Shown here piece after piece: positions 37,687-49,400 of a stretch of 64,000 nt of DNA. The stretch's first letter is position 1; each line of letters begins with the position of its first letter. A program made the translations under genes and the position numbers. The DNA comes from Antedon mediterranea (Eukaryota > Animalia > Echinodermata), in assembly GCF_964355755.1 (NCBI RefSeq), contig NC_092680.1, forward strand, positions 20,469,045 through 20,533,044, read 5' to 3'. A model generated the notes under the pieces. It was given only the letters and a program-made list of their open reading frames with translations. It had not been told where the DNA came from and ran no database searches.

Positions 37687-40600
37687 TCATCCTGTTCCGC
37701 TTCGTTTGCCTCCTCTTTTTTTTACGAGTCCACTCGCTGACCGCCTTATTTTCCTCCTTTCAGCATGATGGGCTTCCGAATCCAGTCTATGTTGTTTATT
37801 TACTTTCTGAAAAAGTGAAAATAGAAAAATAGAGAAACTTTCGAAAAACAGACACTGTCTAACACTATCAAACTTTATGTGAAAAAAAAATGTGTGTGCC
37901 CATATATGGACATGGTGATGTCATATCATATTTAAGCATATCATTACCCTGTTTGGGAATATCACTCTTTTTTGTCAAACTAGTTGATAGTGTAGACAGA
38001 ACTTTAGTTCCACAAGAGTTTCTCGCACGATGAGTTTTGTCTCTCTGTTGTCATTCATTCTGGTGTCCTGCTCCATAAATCTCATAAATCCATAATTCTA
38101 TCTATATGATATATAATATTCATTCATATAATTTACCTTTTTTAAATGAAAGGTGACCTGCTTAGTGCCTAGAGCATTGCCTGTTGAAACAACCACACCT
38201 TGTCGTTTTTCTTCTTCTATTCTCTCAGCAAGACTTGTTCTGTAATTGTACATAGCACACAATTAATTTTATCAAATAAATTTAATTCAATTTAACTAGT
38301 ATATCTGTCAAGCTATGGTATGTAAAATAAAATGTCATCTCAATATTTGAACACTGTTGTTATCTTTGTATAATACACTATAGGTTAAAATAAATGTACT
38401 GCAATAGCCAATATGTTACATAATGTACTGTTTATATCTCTGATCCACTTTTAAAATCAGTTCTGTGATAATAAAACTGATATCGCACACATAAAGCTCT
38501 GTCTACACTGTCAAACTTTATTTGACAAAAATATGTGCCCATATATGGACATGATGATGTCATATCACTACCATATTTGGGTATATCACTACCATATTTG
38601 GGTATATTACTACCATATTTGGGAACATCACACTTTTTTTGTCAAATTAGTTTGATAGTGTTTGTAGACAGAGCTTAAAAGTAAATAATATCAACATCTA
38701 ATGAAAGCAACTTCAAAATCTAACACTCTTGTTTTGAACGTTACCAACATTTAAAATATCAATTCCACCTACTTTGCCTTTAGTTTTCTCTGTCTGTCGA
38801 CGCCTTTTGCTTGGAATTCTTCTCCTTGTTTGATTTCATAAAATTTTGGTTCTGATTTGTCTTTGGCCGCCATTTTCCTTTCCATCTGAATTAATTTATG
38901 TTGTTTTCTGACTTCTTGTTGCCAACTGCGATCGTCGTCATCAGAACTTGAATCTTCGTAATCATCCTCCTCGTCACTTGGACGACCTTCTTGTTCCTGA
39001 AAGAAAGAACATACTATCTAAATTAGAATACAACTTGTTATAACAATATATATACAACTTTGCGCTGATTACTAGTTGCATTATGGGAGTATGTTTCCAT
39101 ACGTGTTTGATCCAAAAAAATGACTGGGGTAATAATGTTCAGCGCTTAGAGGTTTCACAACATTAGGCGCTGTATAAATCCAGGATATTATTATTATTAT
39201 ATTGATGATTTTTAAATTCTATTTCATGGAGTGAGTGTAGAATCTGCATTAGCCTATTCTTACTTCTGCTTATTTTTCATGACTGGAAATTATTATTATT
39301 GTTATTATTATAAACGCAATACCTCTAGCAATAAGACTTCCATTTTTTTATGAACGTGAAATGAAGTACGTGAATATGTGTACGTGAATGAAGGTTTAAT
39401 TTTAAACTATATCAGTCAAAAACTTTTTGCAAATAAATTTTTAAAAACTGTATGACAATCAATATATTATGGTATATATTATCATAACACATTCAAATTA
39501 CCATTTTATTCACAAGACACTCAAATCAATTTTGAATTGTTTTTAATACATTTAAGGCAATGTTTTTTTACACAGTTTATCAGCTCTGACAACACTATCA
39601 TACTTGATGTGACAAAAACATGTGATGTGCCCTTATATGGACATGATGATGTCATATCATTACAATATTTGGGGTACATCACACTATTTTTGTCAAACTA
39701 GTTTGATAGTGTACACAGAGAGCATCATGATGTACTCCTACAACATACCTGTGATTGTACTTCTTGAAATTGTTGTTCCAATTCCATTTTGCGAGCTTTC
39801 TTTATTCGTTGTTTATCTTGATGCGCCAGCAACGGATTAAGAAGCCTGAATTCTTCGCTTTCTTTGTCAACTTGGAAGTTTGAATCTTTAAACATTGCGG
39901 AGAAACGATCGTCTGTGAGGAGATTCTTCTGTGCGTCAACCTGCAAATGTACAAAAACATTATGTTTGTAAATTTTACTTTTAATTTTCATTGTAAAAAG
40001 GTGGCAAAACTATGTGTGAGTTTTGCTCTATTTTGGTTATTCTTTCCATTTAAATTATATCTTATTATATATATATAAATCCAAAGGCAAATTACTGAAA
40101 AAAATGACAATGCTGTGGGTATCAGTGGCTGGATCTCAATGGAGATACAAAAAAAAAAAAGCGAAAAGCTAAATCAAAAAGTAAACAGGCAGAACAGTTA
40201 GCAGAGCTTTCGGGCAACACTAGCCCTTATATATATATATTCTAAAAAGAGAGATGAAATAAAACTGAAAGAAAAACAAATACTGCAAATGATCAACCAA
40301 CGCTTATTTATCAAAGTTTAATCTAAAGCCTTTTCTTTTTTCAAATTGCTTAAACATAAGCCATCATATTCAACACAGGTAAAACTTGCTATTTGTAATA
40401 TACTGTACACACATTAGTAGCATTAAATACTTGAAAACCAATAAAATACCTACCTTTGCCTTGGCTTTCTTATTATTTGGAATAATTTCTTCTTGTTCTA
40501 AAATCTTTGCTGCAAGGTCACGATTCACTTTTGGTAATTTCTGAAAATTAACACAAAAAATTAACAAATTATAGACCAAAACATCATAATTAAATTATAT

Positions 40601-43600
40601 TAATTAAAAAAATATAAAAGTTCATAATTTTCAACTTTCACATTAAATTCATACATGTCGGAGCTCTCCTCAGATTAGCAATTATACTATTAAATATAGA
40701 CAAGTCAGACCTCCCCTTAAATTCGCAACCTTTATCAGTTTTTCATTTTATGATTACCAAAAATCTAGAAACTAAAAAAACCTTAACTCACGTTTATTCT
40801 CACTCTGTTCTTGCGTGCCTCGTCGATCTTTGCACGTATCTTGTTACGTCTATATTCCTCGTAAGCGAACGGATCAGCTATTGCACGTGCCTTGTGATAT
40901 AATCGAATATCCATAAAGTAACCGTGCATGTATGCACGTAAGAGGTTAGAACCAATGAGATTTGACAAGCCTACAACAAAGAAACAAGTTATACATCTTT
41001 ACATATGATGCCAACTGCTATATAAATACATTGCTTCATTAAAAGCTGTAATAGAGGGTAAAGCCAAAGAGTATGGGTATAAAATCAAAACAAAACATTG
41101 AGGGCACTTATCTTGCTAAATTCCCTGCATATTATAAGTTTAATTTATCAAAAAGAAATTTTGTTGTCAAAATTTACCCCACTTTATATGTGAGACTGTA
41201 TTTTAGGAGTGAGGGAAACTATATCTCCCTCTTAAAATGACGCCATCTTACCTAAACTGTCAAGATCATTGCGGGTCACAAACTTGTAATCATCATAAAC
41301 TGTGTTCATTGTGGTTTCTTCAAGTTCTTCCGTTAGATTATCGAGGAAGGAACACCACCGAGGGGCTGGGCCAAGAGACTAAAGTAAACAAGAACAAACA
41401 AAACATGATTTTGAATGCTAAAAAAAAAAAAACGCAAATAAAAATTGACAGCACTTCTATGAAAAAAAATCAAAATGAGAGTTTCCAGTTTTTTATGGAG
41501 TTTGGTTTTGAAAATTACTATTTATATAATAATCAGAAATAATTGTTCTTACTGGTACAAAGTACGTAAGCATGGTTGGGGCCTCATTGGCCATCAAAAC
41601 TAATCCAGAGTTGGGGACCAAACACATGTCATTAATGTCATTCTCTGTTTCTATAGATGTGAATGGTTTACCCTGCAACAAACAAAATAATATACGGTTA
41701 TTTATAAGTAGTAGTTTATTGTAGAAAGTGTTCTCAATATGGTATTGAAGCATCAATGCAACATGTCAAAGAGCAGAAGTGTGGTTTTAGAATAGAATTT
41801 TCAATAATAATATTATTCATTCTTAAGCTCTATCTACACTATCAAACCTTATGTGACAAAAAAATGTGATATTCTTATATGGACATGATGTCATATCACT
41901 ACCATATTTGGGCACATCACACATTTTTTGTTTGATAGTGTAGACAGAGGTTTACATATACACAGTGGTTGTACATTCAATGTCCGAGTGGTCATTAGGT
42001 TTGTTTTCCTTCTGATTTTGGTAAGGTACGATAATTTTTAAAATTCAAATTTTCAGATTGTAATTGTCTGTCTGGTTTTTAATTAATACATTGCTAAACT
42101 AGAGGGTACTCCGAGAGTACCCACCTCCGCCTACTATAAAATTCCCTTACATAAAATGTCCCCAAAAAATATATATATATATATATATATATTTTATTAG
42201 TTCTAAGTGTAAATAAGCTAACTGCACACTAAAAAGTTGTGGATGAGAGTTTGGTGTAATGGTTATGTATCCAGCCTCTCACAGTTCAAGTCCCGCTGAG
42301 TTTTTTTTTATTATTATTAATTTATTTCTTTTTTTTGTGGACCTTTTTCTTTGACACCGACCCTTCAAAGTTTAACCACAATTATATGGTGAGTCATTGA
42401 TCATTGTAGCTAAGTTTGGTGAGAATCGGAAAAAAATGTGGTCTCTAGGCAGTAAAATAGTTTTTTGTTAGTTGTGACCTTGACCTATGACCTTTTCCCC
42501 TCAAATTCGAACGCGTCCGAGCTTTTGGGGCATAGATCATTGTGGCAAATTTGACAAAGACAATTACCGTGTTACGATTCCACATTTTGACGACCTTCTT
42601 ATCAGCTGATAGCACCAACTCCATAGAGTCTTGGAAGGTTATGGATTTGATTGGTAGCCCATATTGATGGTCCTTGATGTACAGCGGTTTAGTTGCCCTT
42701 ATGTCATACATTAATACTTGCCCAGTGCTTGTACCCACTGCCATGTGCAAGCCATCTTGGAACTTGAGACATGTAACTGAGGGTATCCGATGAACACTAG
42801 AACATTACAAATTTAACATTAAAATTAGTATTGGCCAGACATAGCATTGAACATTAAAGTAATCTGTAATCAAAACTTAAGCTCTGTCTACACTATCAAA
42901 CTTTATGTGACAAAAAAATGTGATGTTCCCATATACATTATGGACATACTGATGTCATATCATTACCACATTTGGGCATATCACTACCATATTTGGGCAC
43001 ATCACACTTTTTTTCAAACTATTTTGATAGTGTAGAAAGAGCTATAAAATAACATCTAAATTAAAACACCTACTCAGAATCAGATTCTGTAACACTGCTG
43101 AGGGCACAGTCTAGAATACCAACACGACCTCTGACCCTAGGATCCCAGCATTCAACTCGTCCTTCAGCTGTACCAACTGCCAATAGATGGTGGGCTGGAT
43201 TGACTTCACAAGCGTTTATCCCACTGACAAAAGGGTAAAACAAATGGATAGCAATACAACTTTCAAATTTTTTTCAAGTGCTGGTAGGCCCTACTTTATT
43301 TGTTGTTGCTTATATGCAATTTATATTTTATTATGATATTTACACATCATGTTTAAAAAGCTGGAAAATAAAGTAGATTAACAATATGTTCAATGCTATA
43401 ATTAAAACCTTTAAACCCATAAAGTAATTCTATGTCAAATTATTTTGAGTATCTACTGTACTATGTAAAATGTCCAGAAATAAATATAGAACTTCAGTAG
43501 CTTATAAAAAATTCCAAAATGTGAACAAAATCCTGAGATATTGAGAAACATTTTGGGTTGATTTAATGTGGAATTACGGTCACCTTCCTTTCATTTTAAC

Positions 43601-46327
43601 TCACCTTGCTTCTGTGACCCATGAACTTAAAAAACGACCTTGCTCTAGGTTAATTCTGAAAATTTCTGAGCTAATCACATAAATAAAAGAATATGTAAAT
43701 AATTATAAAGCATAATACATGTGTATAAGATATTGCAATATGATTGCATATTTCAACATATTCAATTAAATTTTTTATTCATCCCGAATGCAAACGACAG
43801 AAATAATAAATAGTAATAATCCATTTAAAATACAAAAATTTAATCACATTTAAATGTAACATCAAATCTTCATCTTTTCATTTATAATACTACATATATA
43901 TATGTTATGATCACATTTCTACTGTAGTAAAATAAGCAACAATTGAATACACCAATGAGAAAATCTTATTAAAAATGTTTAATGAATATTCATAAAATCT
44001 TACCTCGCTCCAACAAGAAACAGATCACAAGACGGTTTGTGGTACACCATATCTCGTCCAAACTTTGGTATTCGTAGTTGATGATATTTGCCATAACGTG
44101 CGTGAAATTCTACGCAACGATTGCACTGTAGAAAAACCATCTAGTTGAAGAGAAATGTTAACAAATTGGATAGGATTAACAAAAATCACAATATTATAAT
44201 AAAATAAATAAAATCAATCTGGACCTAAATAAACTTGAAACTATCTTTACCTTTGAGTAATCTTCAGACAAAGTAACAAACTTGATCACTATATATTAAA
44301 AATAATATTATTTTAATAAATGAAATACAATGATGTAGCAAACAAAATGATCTTTTCTAAAAATCATCAGTAAAAACAAAAAAGATAAGATATGATATGC
44401 CCATATATAGACATGATGATGTCATATCACCACCATATTTGGGCATATCACTACCATATTTAAATAAATATTTTTATGTCAAACTAGTTTGATAGTGTAG
44501 ACAGAGCTTTAGAACGTAAATTATACAAAAATAAATTTAACAAAACATTATTGAGAATTAGACGCTACCTTCTGCGTCCATACAACGTTCAAATTTCATG
44601 GAGAGTTGTGACATGTCGTAGCACCGCACACGTGGCTTATACGTTCCAGTTACAAGTACGTACTGGCCATCCGGCGTCATCTGTATACCTGTACTTACGG
44701 TAGGCATAGTAAAGTCTTGTATTAACTCAATGCGTTTTCTAATATCTAAATATAAAATTTAATGATTAATAAAACCATCTGAATGTTCTTGTTGTGTCAA
44801 TTTAAAAGAATGTTAAAGAAATTCATGAATTATATCTTTAAAGCTTTTATCCCACTTTGATGCAATGCAATGGTATAGACACAATGCAAGTGAGTTGACC
44901 ATTCACAAATGACCATGTCGTGATTGGTCAAATTACGTATGTCGTGCTTACGTCCTTGTGTTGCATCCAAGTGGGAAGCAAGCTTTAGGCCATATTTCAT
45001 TCACATGAAAAAATTGATCGATGACCATTTCATTTGATTTCTTGTGGACAATTTTTAGTGTGTGTGTGTATAGAGCAGCTTATACCATAACAAATACCAC
45101 TCTTTAGATTTAGTTTTTAATTGTGACACAGCAGGGGTTTACATTTTATTTGTAATACTTCTGAATTTAGGAACTTGGTGCATTTACTCACCTCCATCAG
45201 ATTTCAGGAGAGCCCTTTTCTTTCTATCTGAAAGCCACTAAAAAAAATGTTCAAAAATTACATACAATTTATAGTCACAGAGTCATATTTAATAATTAAA
45301 TAATATGTGTCACTTGCTTGCTTGTAACTTGGCAGTCCGAAATAATTATTTAACATTTTATTTAGATTACGGTATACATACATTTATAGGCCTCCTAGGC
45401 CAGCCTAGGCCTACATGATTTAGGCCTAGTTCCAAACTCCTTAAAAAAAGCTTTGGGCCGAATCGTCCAGCATTCAGCTGTAGTAAGTAAAGTACTACTA
45501 TCTAGCTAGCGTACTACCTACAGTAATTACTAGGCCTAGCTAGGCTAGGATAGGGGGAACAGACGATCGGGACCACGGACGATCGTCATACCAGTTGGGC
45601 CCGATCGTCCAGTGTTTTCAGAACCACGTTGGGCCCGATAGTCTTACCAGTTGGTCCCGATCGTCTTAGCATTGGGCCCGATAGTCTTTTGTGTTATATA
45701 AAATAATGTGCCATCATCATTTTTCATTCCTAGTGCTAGTGTCGTGCTTTTCTTGCGTAATCAAGATTTTAATTAAAAAGGTTAATTAGATTTTTTCTGA
45801 TTCTATCATAATTTTCCCCTAATTAAGTCTTAAGACTACTGCTTTTAAGAATTTCTTACCAATACTTTCGATTTATGAATAAATGTGATTGATTTTGATT
45901 GTTGTTATTGTGTAGTTTGTATTCACTATTCGCATAGTTATCTTTTAAAATTTTCCAAGAATGTTTTGGGCCCGATCATCTTGAATGAAGTGGGCCTGAT
46001 CGTCTGGGCCCGATCATCCGTGAAGTGGTCCAGATCGTCTGATAACCAAAATAGGTAGTGTAGTGGGCCTGGCCCTCTCTACTCTACTACTACTAGGCTA
46101 GGCCTAATACTGTACTAGTATCAGGGCCTGGCCTAGCCTAACTAGCTAGCTAGCTAGGCCTCCTAGCTAGAGTACTACTACTACTACTAGGCTAGACTAG
46201 GCAGGCCCAGTCGATTTCTTGTGTATTAGTATTTAATTAAAATATACAGGCTTTTAAATACCTCTGGTAAAGATTTACCAACACTAAGATTGTAAATTTT
46301 AACATCATTTGCATTTGAAACCTGCAT
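37687..46327 (-). CDS. NOL10: Nucleolar protein 10 (ENP2 homolog; WD40 + NUC153), multi-exon
   Basis: Exon 1 46327-46262 [22 protein letters not shown]; then [12 protein letters not shown]; [35 protein letters not shown]; [20 protein letters not shown]; [27 protein letters not shown]; [20 protein letters not shown]; [24 protein letters not shown]; LPKVNRDLA; [30 protein letters not shown]; last exon ..[18 protein letters not shown] at 37687. Confidence 0.96.
38495..38675. mobile_element. Representative of the dominant Harbinger-type MITE family (~16-17 copies in window)
   Basis: TIR AGCTCTGTCTACACT..AAAC / GTTTGATAGTG..TAGACAGAGCT with TAA TSD; internal CCCAAATATGGTAGTGATATG repeats. Other copies near 17431, 21508, 21592, 27940, 30871, 31530, 32650, 34120, 37290, 37853, 39582, 41826, 42880, 44385, 47490 and 58560. 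Confidence 0.85.
42098..42560. mobile_element. Helentron/HINE-like fragment(s) in a NOL10 intron
   Basis: Starts ACTAGAGGGTACTCCGAGAGTACCC (hairpin) and contains TGACCTTGACCTATGACCTTT motifs. Confidence 0.4.
45553..46047. mobile_element. Degenerate foldback/MULE-like MITE in NOL10 intron 1
   Basis: CAGACGATCGGGACCAC ... GTGGTCCAGATCGTCTG inverted ends; repeated GGGCCCGATCGTC units. Confidence 0.6.
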
Positions 46328-46493
46328 TTTTAACCAAAAACACGACCGAACATGTGTGTCTTGTTTCTTCTTGAAACATAATACTGTAGAGGGCGCTATG
46401 TAAGAATTTCTTGTACAAAATCAATCAGCCGTGAAAAAAACCTCAAAACCAATCAACCGTATCCAAATGTCACCGGCCGCCGTGGACTATTGA
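46328..46493. promoter_or_regulatory. Compact bidirectional promoter/5'UTRs between NOL10 and the HAD-CHDH gene
   Basis: Only 166 bp separate the divergent ATGs (46327 on -, 46494 on +). Contains CCAATC and a CTCF-like GTAGAGGGCGCTA. Confidence 0.65.
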
Positions 46494-49400
46494 ATGGTCC
46501 TTCTACGAGGTACGTAAAACACAACTTGGTGGATTGGTTGATGGTGGTACCTGGTAACAAATAATTATTCTTAAAAAATCGTTTGCTGGGGTAAAGTGTC
46601 TGAAATGCTTGAAGCTTTTCTGATCAACCACTCTTAGATATAGCCTAGGAGTAGGTCTAGCTACAGTTTAGTTAGTCAAGAAAGTTGGTCTAGGTAGCCG
46701 GCCTAGGCCTACTAGGAGGCCTAGCCTAGTAGGCTAGGCCTAGGCCTGGCCCTAGTAGGCTAGCTGGCTAGTCCTAGCTAGCTTAGGCCCCTAACCTCTT
46801 TTTATTTAATATGTATGGAGTTTTAGACTACCTAGGCCTATACCTAGCTCGAGAAGAGGCTCGGCCTAGCTAAGAAGGCCTATTATACTGTAGGCCTAGC
46901 TAGTAGTATTAAGGTGTGTGTGTGCCAAACTAGATTTCCGTCCCTCCACCTAAAACATCATTTGTAAGCCTAATATTAGTATTACTAGCCTATTATTTAT
47001 TGTTTTTTAGATTTACCACTCATTACATATTTATAAAAGATGTTACGGGTCCTAACGAAGGCTAGCAAAGCAGGTAAAATTGTTTTAAAATCTTTTTTCA
47101 TAATAAAAAATAAACACACACTCACAACATGTAACATTGAGTCTTGTATATAAAATATTAACCTGTGTGAGATTGCATTAGTTTTTTGTTGTTGAGTTAA
47201 AGTGTTTGATTTATTTATTGCGTTTGAGGAATATTCTGGCAACAATAGAAAAAATCCCAGGGATTGGAAACATTCTCAGATCGTAGATTTCTTATTTTTC
47301 TATGGTGGACTGAGTGAAAGGTACTCTCATATTAATAATAATCTTTTTTGAGATGAACGTAGAGGATTCTCTGTTTCCTGTTAAGTCAAAGGGCCATGGT
47401 CTGTAAGTCAAGTGCATCCTGTTCAAGATACTGATGGCTAATTAGGGTCATGCATAAATTCATTATTTCAGCTACAACACTCTAATACTATGTCTACACT
47501 ATCAAACTAGTTTAACAAAAAAAAACTGTGATGTGCCCAAATATGGTAGTGATATACTCAAATATGGGAGTGATTTGACATTATCATGTCCATATATGGG
47601 CACATCACATGTTTTTCACATAAAGTTTGATAGTGTAGACAGAGTATTAGTGTACATTATCTTCCAGTTCAGACCTACAGTGTTATGATGAATTCTGTAT
47701 GTTTGAACAAAAGATTAGTGGAAGCCTCTTACAACAATACCTTTTAGTTCATTTCTTTTATATTTATGCAAATTGTCAAGGATAACCATAAGCTATTAAT
47801 TCACTGTCTTAAAGTTTGGAATCTTGTTTTAAAATATACTGTATATATATAATGAACACAAGAACTAGATAAAGATAAAAAAGGTATAATGAACACAAGA
47901 CTTACATACTGTAAACAAAGTCTTATAGAAAGTGGAGTGGAGTTTTTTTAACACCCCGGTCAGTGACTTGTAATAAAAGCATACAGTATATCAAGTTTTT
48001 GCTAAGTGCTACTATGACACTAAGTCTGTAAATGTGAGCTTGTTTATTATCCAAACCAAAAATTTTGATTTGCATGTCCACTATGTCGACTGTATGACAT
48101 TCAAACATTCATCTGTGAACTGCTCAGATTCCAAATGGAAAAGTCCTTATAATCTTCAGCCAGCATAATTACACTGTTGCCTTAAAGTCTTATTTCTAGT
48201 TCATTTAATTTGATTGACTAATTTACTAAGCTATACTACTACTGTAGCACTAAACACCATATAATTTTATGTTTGGACACCGTCTCAATGATGATTAAAG
48301 AACTACAGTACTCTATATGAACTACTTTATTAAGATATTATTTACTGTATATCATGGAGTACTCCATGCTGTATATTTATTAAACAAATTGATTCTGTGT
48401 TTATTATAAAATGTTTAATTATAGTAAATAAACTACATTTATATATATATATCCCAATTAGACATTTTTCAAGAATAAATCAAAAATAAAAAGTTAGGCT
48501 TTTTTAAACAGAATTTTTAGTGTATTGTATTATTGTTCAGTAAGGAAGGACACCAAAAAATTGTCCTAATTATTTTATTGATTCCCTGGAAATCTATATT
48601 CCTGGGTAGGTCTAGGCCAAGCATATTTCTTACTGTACATTGTATTAAGCGCAAATTGCAAGGCGTGGCCAGCCCCATGAGTCTCGTTTGCTGATTTTAA
48701 TCAAACTAATGATTTGCACTAATGTCCTGATCATGTAAACCGTGACAAATAAAAAAGTAATCTTTTATAATCTAATGTTGGCATATTGTTACTGCAAGAG
48801 TGTGATTACACTTAAAATATACAATGACAATGCACATTTGTATTGATATGAATGTAACCTTTAGAAAGTTTACACTTGTTTTCAATGATTTTAAAATAAT
48901 TGTTAAATATTAATATATTTCTGTCAAAGGTCTAAAAGCAACATGTTTACCCAGCCTAAGGTCAAGTCATAGGTCAAGATGTCGTCTGCTACTTCAACAG
49001 ACTGCTATCAGATGTCTGAGTACAAGGCAGCCTAACCAAAAAAAACCAAAACTGATCATATTTGACAAGGATGGCACTCTCATCTGTTGTCACTCTATCT
49101 GGACACCATGGGTCAAAGACACAACAGACAGGTACTGTGTGTTTATATCTTATTTTTATCTTATCTTACCTTTAGTAAAAAACAGGGTTGACAAGCCAGA
49201 CAGTAGGATTTGATTAGGAGAGGCTTTTGTCGAGACTCTGTGCTACACTTGAGTATTTCAATGGAAATGAAGTTGCTCAATTATCCACCCAAGACCCATA
49301 TCTCTATACATTCACTAGAACATCTGACTACAAGAGTTGTTGGGGTTTCAGTTGTAATTATAATTGTTCATTTTCAGAGTTTGGAGAGGTTTCCAATGAC

